Below are positions 1-9,620 of a stretch of 64,000 nt of DNA, piece after piece. The DNA comes from Candidatus Spongiihabitans sp. (GTDB taxonomy: Bacteria; Pseudomonadota; Gammaproteobacteria; Arenicellales; Poriferihabitantaceae), in assembly GCF_965247905.1 (NCBI RefSeq), contig NZ_OZ252047.1, forward strand, positions 2,518,845 through 2,582,844, read 5' to 3'. Position 1 is the stretch's first letter. Each line of letters starts with the position of its first letter. The position numbers and the translations under genes were made by a program. The notes under the pieces were generated by a model. That model was not told where the DNA came from. It saw nothing but the letters and a program-made list of their open reading frames with translations, and made no database searches.

Positions 1-1
1 A

Positions 2-679
2 AAAGATTGGGTCGGCGCGCAAACGCCGAACGACAATGCGCTGCCGGGCAAGCACTGCCGTTGCGAGCCATTAAACCTGAAACGCCACAGCGAGCAGCTA
101 TTCAACGCTTATAAACAGGATGCGGAAAACCGCGTATGGGTATACCTGCCCTACGGGCCCTTTGACCGCATCGGCGACTATCGCGATTGGATGAATACAA
201 CCTGCTTTAACGGCGACCCGCAATTTTACGCTGTCGTCGATCGCGCCACGCAACAGGCGGTCGGGGTCGCCAGCTACTTGCGAATCAAACCGGGCCAAGG
301 CTCAATTGAAGTTGGGCACATCAACTTTTCGCCGCAATGCCAGGGCACGGTGGTCGCGACCGAGGCCATGTATTTAATGATGAAAAATGCATTTGATATG
401 GGATATCGACGTTATGAATGGAAATGTAATGCCTTAAACGAAAAATCCTGCAATGCCGCGCGGCGGCTTGGTTTCACTTATGAAGGCACCTTTCGACAGA
501 TGGGGATTGTGAAAGGCCGAAATCGGGATTCCGCGTGGTATTCCCTGCTCGATCGAGAGTGGCCGGTCATCGACAACTCGTTCCAGCAATGGCTCTGCGC
601 GGATAACTTTGATGACCGGGACCGGCAAAAAATCGCTTTATCCCGTTTGACCAGAGATGCCTTGGCTGCACTCCAATAG
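2..679 (+). CDS. GNAT acetyltransferase, RimJ/RimL family (5'-truncated by window edge)
   Basis: Frame is open from position 2 (KDWVGAQTP...PYGPF...) into ORF 191..679. Motifs EVGHINFSP, GYRRYEWKCNALN and AARRLGFTYEGTFRQ. Confidence 0.85.
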   Translation, partial: KDWVGAQTPNDNALPGKHCRCEPLNLKRHSEQLFNAYKQDAENRVWVYLPYGPFDRIGDYRDWMNTTCFNGDPQFYAVVDRATQQAVGVASYLRIKPGQGSIEVGHINFSPQCQGTVVATEAMYLMMKNAFDMGYRRYEWKCNALNEKSCNAARRLGFTYEGTFRQMGIVKGRNRDSAWYSLLDREWPVIDNSFQQWLCADNFDDRDRQKIALSRLTRDALAALQ

Positions 680-697
680 ACAACCGAAATTTAGCAT

Positions 698-1159
698 ATG
701 ACCCATTCAACCCGGATAATCGTAAAACCAACGCAACCCGAAAACCATGACGATTGGTGCAACCTATACCGCGGATATGCGGAATTCTATAAAGTGCCGA
801 TGAATGAAGAGATTCTCGGAAGTTTATGGCGCTGGATTTTGGATAAAGATCATGAGGTCGAAGGATTCCTGGCTTTCATCAAAGGACAATCCAAACCTTG
901 CGGACTGGCCCATGTGCGGCGTATGCCAAGTCCATTGCGTGGCATTGATATCGGCTTCCTTGATGACCTGTTCGTTGATCCGCAGGCGCGTGGCAACCAT
1001 ATAGGCGAAGCATTATTTAAAGCCTTGAACGACCATGCAAAACAAAAAGGCTGGCCAAAAATTCGATGGATTACCGCAGACGACAACTACCGCGCCCGCA
1101 GCTTGTACGACAAGCTATCCGTTAAGACGATGTGGAATACATACGAGATGGAAATCTAG
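698..1159 (+). CDS. GNAT N-acetyltransferase
   Basis: FLDDLFVDPQARGNHIG acetyl-CoA motif; WITADDNYRARSLYDK. Confidence 0.85.
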   Translation: MTHSTRIIVKPTQPENHDDWCNLYRGYAEFYKVPMNEEILGSLWRWILDKDHEVEGFLAFIKGQSKPCGLAHVRRMPSPLRGIDIGFLDDLFVDPQARGNHIGEALFKALNDHAKQKGWPKIRWITADDNYRARSLYDKLSVKTMWNTYEMEI

Positions 1160-1200
1160 TTGGAAACAGTTAATGGGCAACACTTGATTTAAACGCAGAA

Positions 1201-1221
1201 ATGGTATATTTTTTATACCAT
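1201..1221. promoter_or_regulatory. Inverted-repeat operator candidate for brnT-brnA autoregulation
   Basis: Perfect 8-bp arms ATGGTATA-TTTTT-TATACCAT overlapping the brnT start codon. Confidence 0.55.
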
Positions 1222-1366
1222 GCTTTCATTTGAATATGACGAGAAAAAAAGCCAAGCAAACCTATCGAATCATGGGTCAGCGATAATGACTCACCGAAAT
1301 CAAAATATTCGCATCATTTCTATTCGACGTTCACGAGACGAGGAGGTTACATTATATGAAAGCTAG
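1220..1366 (+). pseudogene. brnT: BrnT-family toxin with in-frame internal deletion (48 aa)
   Basis: Own translation: MLSFEYDEKKSQANLSNHG joined directly to SAIMTHRNQNIRIISIRRSRDEEVTLYES*. Both BrnT ends are present and the centre is missing. The stop overlaps the brnA start. Confidence 0.75.
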
Positions 1367-1583
1367 AAAATTCGATTCAGACTTTGAGAGTGGAAAGAAC
1401 ATTACCGACTCTCTCGATCTCTCTAAAATTAAACGTCCTAACCAAATTCAAAAAAGAGTGAATGTGGATTTTCCTACCTGGATGATTGACTCGTTGGATA
1501 AAGAAGCATCCCGGCTAGGCGTAACACGTCAATCAATCATCAAGGTTTGGTTGGCTGAACGCCTGGAGAATTCGGGCCGCTAA
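1356..1583 (+). CDS. brnA: BrnA/CopG-family antitoxin (ribbon-helix-helix)
   Basis: KRVNVDFPTWMIDSLDKEASRLGVTRQSIIKVWLAERL; overlaps the brnT remnant. Confidence 0.8.
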   Translation: MKARKFDSDFESGKNITDSLDLSKIKRPNQIQKRVNVDFPTWMIDSLDKEASRLGVTRQSIIKVWLAERLENSGR

Positions 1584-1678
1584 CAAAGCGGCCAGCGTCG
1601 AGCGTAAAATCCGCGCGCGGTCGGCAAGGGAATCCCATTACCGTTTATTGCATAAACTTATATATACCAGAATCAGTG

Positions 1679-2644
1679 TTAGTTGGAATACTCCACGCCA
1701 TGCGCCAGGTATTCCACGGTTTCGGCAGGCACCTCGCCCATAACCGTGATTCTGTGATTATTCAAGGTCTTGCGGTAGGCGTGCACCGCGCCCATTCGGC
1801 TTAAACCGCTCATTTCGCTTTGCCCCGCACGTATTGCCTTGATGAAAACGGACACGGAAGATAATCCATCGGTGTAAACCAGATGCTCAACTTCGCCGGC
1901 ATCCATCGGCGACATTCTGCGAATATGTTTACTCAGCGTATAACCGTCGGGCATTTGCGTGAGCCGCCAATCGGAAAAATCCGCCGCCACGCTCAGCGGC
2001 ATATTGTTGCCGAACAACTGAAGTTCATCCTGGTCGCTCACCGCGACCAACTGCTCATCGGCAATGTCGCCGCCAATTTCGACATCGACAAACAAGTACT
2101 GTTCTAAAATCTCATCGCGTTGATTGATTAAATCCGACCGCAACAACAATCCCGTGGCCCTATCCGCCCAAAGACTGTATCCATAGCGGTAGGCATCGTT
2201 GGGGATGACTTTAATTTGGTGTGCCGGGCGATCGGCGATACGGCCATCAGCGCCTTCCACGAAGTGATAGTTGCGCTCCAGTTGTTCAAGATCGCCCGGC
2301 AGTATTTTCGGAAATCCGCTCTGGGATATCTGTCGATAATCATGCACCACGATATTTTGGTCGGGAATATAACACCACACCTGGTCCATCCCTCTAATCA
2401 CTTCCCGCGGCGCGCCGTTCAGTGAATACAGCCGCTCTTGCATCATCCCATCTTCAACGCGGCGCGCAACTTCCAACGCTTCAATCTCGCCGTCATGGAT
2501 ATAAACGAAGGTGCCGGCAAAATTCACCTCTGCCGCGGCCGAATTAATTCTCATCAACCAGTCGGTCGCATCGGCGACAACCTCTGCGGATAGCAATGCA
2601 AGCAAAAAGGCAAGCAACCGCGCGCTGAAAGATGACATCATCAT
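1679..2644 (-). CDS. rseB: Sigma-E regulator RseB/MucB
   Basis: NFAGTFVY, YGYSLWADRATGLLLRSD, HLVYTDGLSSVSVFI, ITVMGEVP. Start placed at MMMSSF (signal peptide). Confidence 0.9.
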   Translation of the reverse strand: MMMSSFSARLLAFLLALLSAEVVADATDWLMRINSAAAEVNFAGTFVYIHDGEIEALEVARRVEDGMMQERLYSLNGAPREVIRGMDQVWCYIPDQNIVVHDYRQISQSGFPKILPGDLEQLERNYHFVEGADGRIADRPAHQIKVIPNDAYRYGYSLWADRATGLLLRSDLINQRDEILEQYLFVDVEIGGDIADEQLVAVSDQDELQLFGNNMPLSVAADFSDWRLTQMPDGYTLSKHIRRMSPMDAGEVEHLVYTDGLSSVSVFIKAIRAGQSEMSGLSRMGAVHAYRKTLNNHRITVMGEVPAETVEYLAHGVEYSN

Positions 2645-2651
2645 AACATTT

Positions 2652-3212
2652 TCAGCGTTGTTGCAGTTGCTCGGCGCTGACCAACTTGGCATAGGCAATC
2701 AAGCCATTCATTCCCGGCGAAGCGGTGAACTCGGCGTGATCAACCAGCATTTGATCAAACTCATGGGAAAATTGGAGCGCCTGACTTGAGTTGGATGCGG
2801 TGCGACTTGCGGTTAATTGATGCGCTCTGCCATCGAATGTCACCGGCGCTAAAGTGACCACAGCAACCACGATCAACGATGCGGCAATCGCAAATAATCC
2901 AACCGACTGCCAAACATCTTTTCTCGCATTTTTTCTTTCATTGGAAACCGGTTTCTTAATCCTTAACGGCACCAACACGGTCGGTTCTTGTTCCAGTTTA
3001 TCGCGAACCCGCGCGGATAAATCCTTGCCCATGCTGGACACTTCATCGCGCATCACATTGCCAATCAAGTGATAACACTTCCAGGACTTCCTCGCCGCGT
3101 CATCGTTTCCCGCGTCATTGTTCGCATCATTGTTTATCAGTCGTTCAAGCAGCGCATCGCGCTGCGCCGGGTTCAACTCCTGGTCTATCAGTTGTGAGAT
3201 TTTTTCTTGCAT
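2652..3212 (-). CDS. rseA: Anti-sigma-E factor RseA/MucA
   Basis: MQEKISQLID, W..YHLIGNVMR, single TM helix; lies between rpoE and rseB. Confidence 0.85.
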   Translation of the reverse strand: MQEKISQLIDQELNPAQRDALLERLINNDANNDAGNDDAARKSWKCYHLIGNVMRDEVSSMGKDLSARVRDKLEQEPTVLVPLRIKKPVSNERKNARKDVWQSVGLFAIAASLIVVAVVTLAPVTFDGRAHQLTASRTASNSSQALQFSHEFDQMLVDHAEFTASPGMNGLIAYAKLVSAEQLQQR

Positions 3213-3284
3213 GGTTGGTTTCCGACAGGGTGTTAATTTGCTATGGTTTTAGTGTTGAAATAACAAAGATAGTTCACAAAAATA

Positions 3285-3863
3285 TTAACTTTCCACCAAA
3301 TCGGCAATCGCGCGCTCCACCGCCTCGCGCGCTCGGAAGATGCGCGAGCGCACTGTTCCAATGGGGCAATTCATCGCAACAGCGATATCTTCATAACTTA
3401 ACCCGTCCAACTCGCGTAGTTCGATCGCCTGTTTCAACTCTTCCGGCAATGCGCTTATGGATTGCTTAATCGCCTCTACCAATTGGTCGTTCTGCACGAT
3501 TTGTTCCGGCGAATTTGCCTCTACCAACCGCTCGGCGCCACGGCTGTGCACCATCTCATCTACAATCACATCCTGAGCCGGTGGTCGCCTGCTCGTGGCC
3601 ACCAAATAATTTTTAGCGGTATTCACGGCAATTCTATAGAGCCAGGTATAAAACGCGCTGTCACCACGAAACCGCGATATTGCCCGGTACGCCTTGATAA
3701 AGGACTCCTGAACGATATCTTCTTGTTCATGCACATCTTTCACAAACCGACCGACCACATGCTTAACTCGAAATTGATATTTTTCGACCAACAGGTTAAA
3801 CGCCTGTTTATCGCCATTTTGGACGCGTTGCACCAGAGTAATGTCGTTTTCGTCTTGGTCCAT
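3285..3863 (-). CDS. rpoE: ECF sigma factor RpoE/AlgU
   Basis: LVQRVQNGDKQAFNLLVEKYQ, FRGDSAFYTWLYRIAVN, CPIGTVRSRIFRAREA. Start set at MDQDEN. Confidence 0.95.
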   Translation of the reverse strand: MDQDENDITLVQRVQNGDKQAFNLLVEKYQFRVKHVVGRFVKDVHEQEDIVQESFIKAYRAISRFRGDSAFYTWLYRIAVNTAKNYLVATSRRPPAQDVIVDEMVHSRGAERLVEANSPEQIVQNDQLVEAIKQSISALPEELKQAIELRELDGLSYEDIAVAMNCPIGTVRSRIFRAREAVERAIADLVES

Positions 3864-3867
3864 CAAA

Positions 3868-5697
3868 CTATTCCGATGTTGGCTGAAAATGCTCAATAAT
3901 CAACTGCAACGATCGCCTGCCTCGAAATTCATTAACATCTAACTGATACACGGCATGTATTCGGTCTAATTGAGGCCTCGGCTGTCCCGGCTCGATTGCC
4001 CGAAATGCAATCCCTTCAAAGCGGCAAGTCCCATCAGCGGGTTGCAAGGTGAAACGCAAGTGATGCTCGCCAACCACTTTTTGCGCGGTCACGATAAACA
4101 CGCCGTCAAACAGCGGCGCCGGAAACCCCTGCCCCCAAGGCGCAGCCGCACGCAATTGTTCGGCATTGTCCAGGGTGATTTCGTTTTCCGGCAAATCGCC
4201 GTCGGTATAGATCGCGCCCGTTGCGTCGGCGTTGGCAAAATGCGCGGCGACATGATTGTGAAACGCCGCTTTGAACGCCACGAAATTTTTCTCGGCGATG
4301 GTCAACCCCGCCGCCATCGCATGACCGCCGAACTTTACGATGAGCCCGGCGTGCGCGGCTGAAATATTTTCCAGCAAATCTTTTATATGCAGCCCGGCGA
4401 CCGAGCGCGCCGAGCCGGTCAACTTGTCATCTACGGTATCCGCGAACGCAATCACCGGTTGGTTGGTTTTATCTTTTACCCGCGAGGCGACCAGCCCGAC
4501 TATTCCCTGATGCCAGTCGGGTTCGTATAAACAAAAGCCACTCAAGTTTGTCGCACGATCATTTTTATTTTGCTTAGCTTTATTTTTCTTGGCTTTATTT
4601 TGTTTTGCGGAATTGACGATGCCGCGAACTATCTTCATCGCCTGCGACTGCATCTTTTGCTCAAGCACTCGACGTTCAAGATTAATGTCGTTGAGCGTCT
4701 CGGCGTAGTCGCGCGCGGTATCGCGGTCGTCGGTCAACAAACATTCAATGCCGATGGAGATATCATCCAGCCGGCCGGCCGCATTCAATCTCGGCGCGAT
4801 AACGAAGCCAAGATCTGATGCGACCATATTGCGATAGTCGCGCGCGCTGACTTCCATTAAAGCGAGGATTCCCGGCCTGCATCTCCCGGCCTTGATTCGG
4901 GCGACGCCCTGCGCGACCAATATTCTGTTGTTGTAGTCCAATGGCACCATATCGGCAACCGTGCCCAACGCCACCAAATCCAGATACTCCGCTAGATTTG
5001 GGGCCGTCAGATGCATGTCCGCAAACCAGTTCGCCGCTTTTAATTTCGCGCGCAGCAATAACAGCAAATAGAACATCACGCCCACCCCGGCAAGCGCCTT
5101 GCTCGGAAAACCGCAGCCGGGCTGGTTGGGGTTTAAGATGGCGTCAGCATCGGGGAGTATTGGGCCGGCCAGATGATGATCGGTGATTATGACCGAGATA
5201 TTCCTTTGTTTCAGCACCGAAACCCCTGGCACGCTATTAATGCCATTGTCCACCGTAATAACCAGGTTGGGATTTTTTTGCACCGCGACTTCGGCAATTT
5301 CCGGCGATAAGCCGTAGCCAAACTCAAACCGATTGGGCACCAGGTAATCGATATTGTCCGCGCCCATCGCGCGCAAGCAAATCAGCCCCAGCGCCGTCGC
5401 AGTCGCACCATCGGTATCGTAGTCGCCAATGATTAAAATACGCTGTTGGCTGGTTAACGCCGCGAACAGCAATGCCGATGCCCGATCAGCATTTTTTAGC
5501 GTATCGGGCGGCAGCATCCGTGCCAGCGGGTAGGTCAACTCGGCCGGATCGGTTAGATTTCGGTTTTCAAATATGCGCTTCAGCAAGGGCGACAGCCTGG
5601 CGCCGGCCGCATCGACCGGCATGGTTTCTCGGTTGGAATCGGCCCGCTTGGCATCGCACCGCCTGCGGCAAATCTTTCTCATACCCTGCCAATCCAT
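3868..5697 (-). CDS. recJ: ssDNA exonuclease RecJ
   Basis: GDYDTDG, ITVDNG, TDHH (DHH), PRLNAAGRL, GGHAMAAG. True start uncertain. Confidence 0.95.
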   Translation of the reverse strand: MDWQGMRKICRRRCDAKRADSNRETMPVDAAGARLSPLLKRIFENRNLTDPAELTYPLARMLPPDTLKNADRASALLFAALTSQQRILIIGDYDTDGATATALGLICLRAMGADNIDYLVPNRFEFGYGLSPEIAEVAVQKNPNLVITVDNGINSVPGVSVLKQRNISVIITDHHLAGPILPDADAILNPNQPGCGFPSKALAGVGVMFYLLLLLRAKLKAANWFADMHLTAPNLAEYLDLVALGTVADMVPLDYNNRILVAQGVARIKAGRCRPGILALMEVSARDYRNMVASDLGFVIAPRLNAAGRLDDISIGIECLLTDDRDTARDYAETLNDINLERRVLEQKMQSQAMKIVRGIVNSAKQNKAKKNKAKQNKNDRATNLSGFCLYEPDWHQGIVGLVASRVKDKTNQPVIAFADTVDDKLTGSARSVAGLHIKDLLENISAAHAGLIVKFGGHAMAAGLTIAEKNFVAFKAAFHNHVAAHFANADATGAIYTDGDLPENEITLDNAEQLRAAAPWGQGFPAPLFDGVFIVTAQKVVGEHHLRFTLQPADGTCRFEGIAFRAIEPGQPRPQLDRIHAVYQLDVNEFRGRRSLQLIIEHFQPTSE

Positions 5698-5757
5698 TTA
5701 AATGCCAGGCCCATTTAAATACCAGCCCATTTAAATACCAGCCCATTTAAATACCAG
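5694..5757. repeat. Tandem repeat, 16 bp x4
   Basis: CCCATTTAAATACCAG at 5710, 5726 and 5742 plus a variant at 5694; lies between hom and recJ. Confidence 0.9.
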
Positions 5758-5804
5758 ATGTTGCCATTATCGATTTCATGCCCCGGTCAGGCCACTCAGG
5801 CCGA

Positions 5805-7115
5805 TCAGGACAACTGTTCAATTCGGACTCGCATAACCCGGCCATGCACCGTATCCAGGCTTTCAACCTGCTTGAGCGCTTTCACAAGATTGTGCTCCAG
5901 CGTGTTTTGGGTGAGCATGATTATGGTCACATTTTCATTTGGCTGGCCGCTGCCTTTCTGTAAAATGGTGTCAATGCTGATATCGCTGTCGCCAAAAATC
6001 GTGGCGATGGACGCCATCACCCCAGGCCGATTGACCACGCTCATGCGCAAGTAATACGCCGTTTCAATCTCATCCATCGGCAATATGGGCAGGTCAATTA
6101 TCGCCTCAGGGTGGAACGCCAAATGCGGCACGCGGTTGCCCGGGTCGGTGGTGATCGTACGCACGACATCTATGAGATCAGCAACCACCGCGGACGCGGT
6201 CGGCTCGGCGCCGGCGCCGGCGCCGTAATACAATGTGGGACCGACCGCATCGGACTGCACCAATACCGCATTCATTACGCCGTCAACATTGGCGATCAGT
6301 CGTTTTTGCGGTATCAGGGTCGGATGCACACGCAATTCCACGCCGCCGCCGGTTTTTCTGGCGATGCCCAGGTGCTTGATACGATAACCCAGTTCCCGAG
6401 CGTGGATAATATCTTCGCCGCTGATTTCCGCAATGCCCTCCCGATAGACATTTTCAAATTGCAGGGATATGCCGAATGCGATGGATGCCAGGATGGTCAG
6501 TTTATGCGCCGCATCGGTGCCGTCAATATCAAACGCCGGGTCGGCTTCGGCGTAGCCCAACGCCTGCGCTTCGGCTAACACCTCGGCGAAGTCGCGGCCG
6601 CTCTCCTCCATTTGCGTCAGAATGTAATTGGAGGTGCCGTTGATGATGCCGGCCAGCCATTCGATGCGGTTTGCCGACAATCCCTCGCGAATGGATTTTA
6701 TGATCGGAATGCCGCCGGCCACTGCGGATTCAAAAGCCACTACCAATCCCTTGGCATGCGCCTTTGCAAAAATGTCATTGCCGTGCAGCGCAATTAACGC
6801 TTTGTTCGCGGTCACCACGTGTTTGCCGTTGTCTAATGCGGTCATCACCGCTGCCAGCGTCATGTCATCCCCGCCGACCAGTTCAACCACGATTTCAATA
6901 TCGGGATGATTGACGATCTCAAATGGATCTCGGGTCAAGTGCAGCGCCGAGGTGTCAACCGCACGCGGCTTTGAAATATCTTGCACCGCGGCCGCGATGA
7001 CGTGGATTTGCCGCCCGGCTCGTCGGCTGATCTCTTCGGCGTTTCGTTGCAGCACTGATAACGTGCCGCTGCCGACGGTGCCTAAGCCAATCAGGCCGAT
7101 ATTGACTGCTTTCAC
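5805..7115 (-). CDS. hom: Homoserine dehydrogenase with ACT domain
   Basis: IGLIGLGTVGSG, VTANKAL, FESAVAGGIP, GYAEADP, C-terminal ACT domain. Confidence 0.95.
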   Translation of the reverse strand: MKAVNIGLIGLGTVGSGTLSVLQRNAEEISRRAGRQIHVIAAAVQDISKPRAVDTSALHLTRDPFEIVNHPDIEIVVELVGGDDMTLAAVMTALDNGKHVVTANKALIALHGNDIFAKAHAKGLVVAFESAVAGGIPIIKSIREGLSANRIEWLAGIINGTSNYILTQMEESGRDFAEVLAEAQALGYAEADPAFDIDGTDAAHKLTILASIAFGISLQFENVYREGIAEISGEDIIHARELGYRIKHLGIARKTGGGVELRVHPTLIPQKRLIANVDGVMNAVLVQSDAVGPTLYYGAGAGAEPTASAVVADLIDVVRTITTDPGNRVPHLAFHPEAIIDLPILPMDEIETAYYLRMSVVNRPGVMASIATIFGDSDISIDTILQKGSGQPNENVTIIMLTQNTLEHNLVKALKQVESLDTVHGRVMRVRIEQLS

Positions 7116-7225
7116 GATTATTTTAAGTGTCCCCTTGCGCGGGAATTAAATTGAATAGTTGGTAAACTGCGGCTTGGTTTTTTATCACTCAAATCAATTT
7201 TCGGTCAATTTTAGGCAATGTTAGA

Positions 7226-7603
7226 ATGAAACTTGTGCTTAACCAGCCTGAGCAGTTGCAAATAATCCGCGCCTGCGAAAAAATCGGCCATAGGTATCAA
7301 ATCAGGATTGGCGACACGCTTTACCAAGAGAGCATAATTTTAACACCGCAAAAACTGGAAATGTGGCCAATATCTCAGGTTTCTGATTTGAAAAATGAGG
7401 ATTTTGTGCATTTTGCAAATCTTGGCGCCGAAGTCCTGATTCTTGGAACCGGAGCCACCATGGTCTTCCCTGACCCGGTGATCACCCAGGCATTGATGGC
7501 AAAAGGCATCGGCATGGAGGTAATGGACACCGCGGCCGCTTGCCGAACCTACAATATTCTACTCAGTGACGGGCGTAGCGTAGTTGCCGGATTGATGCTA
7601 TAA
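7226..7603 (+). CDS. Mth938-like (DUF498) protein
   Basis: EVLILGTG, GIGMEVMDTAAACRTYNILLSDGRSVVAGL. Confidence 0.85.
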   Translation: MKLVLNQPEQLQIIRACEKIGHRYQIRIGDTLYQESIILTPQKLEMWPISQVSDLKNEDFVHFANLGAEVLILGTGATMVFPDPVITQALMAKGIGMEVMDTAAACRTYNILLSDGRSVVAGLML

Positions 7604-7691
7604 ACGATCAAGACGCCATGCGCGCATTAAATTGAACTCTCGGTTGTAAATGTGTTCTACCATTGCAAATTAAATCCACGCACTTAATATT

Positions 7692-8441
7692 ATGAAACGA
7701 ATTTTTATCGCGCTCGCTTTTGTGGCCGTTGCGCTGGCAGTGGTCAAATTGGCGACCAGTCAATCTGAATCCATCACCGCTCAGGTCATAACCAAACCGC
7801 ATGACAGTGCGACTGATAGTGCGGCGGAAAAAAACACCGAGCACTCAGGGTTGGCAGTGGCGACTTTCGCCGGCGGCTGTTTTTGGTGCATTGAGTCCAC
7901 ATTCGAAAAACTGGACGGCGTGAGCGCGGCGGTGTCCGGCTATAGCGGCGGTCATACGGACAACCCAACCTACCGTGAAGTCGGGGGCGGAAGCACCGGG
8001 CATACCGAAGCTGTACAAATTTTCTACGACCCGAAAGTGGTGTCTTACGAAGCGTTGCTGCACCAATTCTGGAAAGACATCGATCCCACCGATGCCGACG
8101 GCCAGTTTGTCGATCGCGGCAGCGAATACCGGCCTGCAATTTTCTATCACAATGAGACCGAAAAGGAAATGGCGATAAAGTCGCGCGATGAGTTGGAGGC
8201 GAGCGGCCGCTATCGCAAGCCGATATCGATAGAAATCGTGCCCTTCGATAGGTTTTACGATGCCGAGGAGTACCATCAGGACTATTACAGGAAGAGCCCG
8301 TTGCGCTACAAGGTTTATCGTCACGGCTCGGGACGCGATCAATATCTTGAAAAAATTTGGGGCGACCAACTGCATCTTAAATACGGCGAAAAAACGTCTG
8401 CGGTCGGTCAACCCGCCGACATCGCGCGGCGGATTATCTGA
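7692..8441 (+). CDS. msrA: Exported methionine sulfoxide reductase MsrA
   Basis: AGGCFWC active site, GHTEAVQ, AEEYHQDYY, N-terminal signal peptide. Confidence 0.93.
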   Translation: MKRIFIALAFVAVALAVVKLATSQSESITAQVITKPHDSATDSAAEKNTEHSGLAVATFAGGCFWCIESTFEKLDGVSAAVSGYSGGHTDNPTYREVGGGSTGHTEAVQIFYDPKVVSYEALLHQFWKDIDPTDADGQFVDRGSEYRPAIFYHNETEKEMAIKSRDELEASGRYRKPISIEIVPFDRFYDAEEYHQDYYRKSPLRYKVYRHGSGRDQYLEKIWGDQLHLKYGEKTSAVGQPADIARRII

Positions 8442-8556
8442 GGTGAGGATTCAGCCTCGCCAAGCCATTGCCAAGATGGCAGAACTAAAGTCCCACTTCC
8501 GAGATGGGCATGATTGACGGAAGTGAGGCTTCAGCCTCGCCAAGCCATTGCAAATG
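8440..8556. repeat. REP-like inverted doublet plus a partial second copy between convergent msrA and rlmB
   Basis: 8440-8500 GAGGTGAGGATTCAGCCTCGC..GGCAGAACTAAAGTCCCACTTCC and 8519-8556 GGAAGTGAGGCTTCAGCCTCGCCAAGCCATTGCAAATG; same module as inside the MITE copies. Confidence 0.8.
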
Positions 8557-8568
8557 CAACCGTTGCGC

Positions 8569-9348
8569 TTAGCCGGATGCGCGCCGCCTTTGCCGCATCG
8601 CTTCAAATAAAAAAACGCCGGCCGCAACCGATACGTTCAGGCTGGATACCGCGCCCAACATTGGAATCTTGGCCAGATAATCGCAGTGCTGCGCGGTTAA
8701 TCTGCGAAGCCCCTTGCCTTCCGCGCCCATGACTATGGCGATGTTGCCGCTGAAATCGCAATCATACAGCGTCATCTTTCCCTGCTCGGCGGCGCCGATT
8801 ATCCAGTATTCCAGCCGCTGAAGTTTTTTCAGGGTCTGCGCCACATTGGCGACATAAACCATGTTCACGTTTTCAACCGCCCCGGACGCCGCCTTGCGCA
8901 CCGTGTCATTCACCGGGCTGGCGCCAGCGCGAGGCACGATAACGGCATCCACCCCGGCGCATTCCGCGCAGCGCAAGCAGGCGCCCAGATTACGGGGATC
9001 CTGAATATGATCAAGCACCAACACCAGCCCCTGAGTCAACCCGTTCAAGATCATTTCCAGTTGCTCGCCTTTGGCCGGCGGTCGGGATTTCACGTGGGCT
9101 TTCAAAATAGCGACAATGCCCTGATCATTCACCCCATCACTGGCGGTTTCCGCTTCTTCCCGAGTGGAAAACCGAAATGAAACTTTCGATTTCTCCAGCA
9201 GCGCCGCCATCTTTTTTGTGCGTGGGTCGGTGCGCCGCCGATTGATGATCACCTCCACCACTTGCTCGCGGTTGCGTTTGACGACCGCCTCCACGGCGTG
9301 AAAACCGCGCGCAATATTCGGGCGTTGATGATGACGTTTTAGTGCCAT
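8569..9348 (-). CDS. rlmB: 23S rRNA Gm2251 methyltransferase (SpoU family)
   Basis: LDHIQDPRNLGACLR, MGAEGKGLR, SLNVSVAAG; follows rnr. Confidence 0.93.
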   Translation of the reverse strand: MALKRHHQRPNIARGFHAVEAVVKRNREQVVEVIINRRRTDPRTKKMAALLEKSKVSFRFSTREEAETASDGVNDQGIVAILKAHVKSRPPAKGEQLEMILNGLTQGLVLVLDHIQDPRNLGACLRCAECAGVDAVIVPRAGASPVNDTVRKAASGAVENVNMVYVANVAQTLKKLQRLEYWIIGAAEQGKMTLYDCDFSGNIAIVMGAEGKGLRRLTAQHCDYLAKIPMLGAVSSLNVSVAAGVFLFEAMRQRRRASG

Positions 9349-9620
9349 GACTTATAGTCTGTTCCAATATGAAACGATACTGAACGGTTGTTGTGTTTCT
9401 AACGTGAAATCATACCAAAGTGAGGTGTTTTCTGTTGATGATGGCTGGAGCGGTTCGGTCACTCGATTCCCTGTCGTCATTCTCGCGCTTCGCGCCGGCT
9501 TCGCCGAGCCCAGGAATCACTTCCACTACCCCGACGACAACCCCGGTTCAGTCTCTTTTTAGCTTTGGAATCGCCGCTTATTTGCGACCGCTTTCAATAG
9601 TGTTTTTGGGATTGCGCTTA

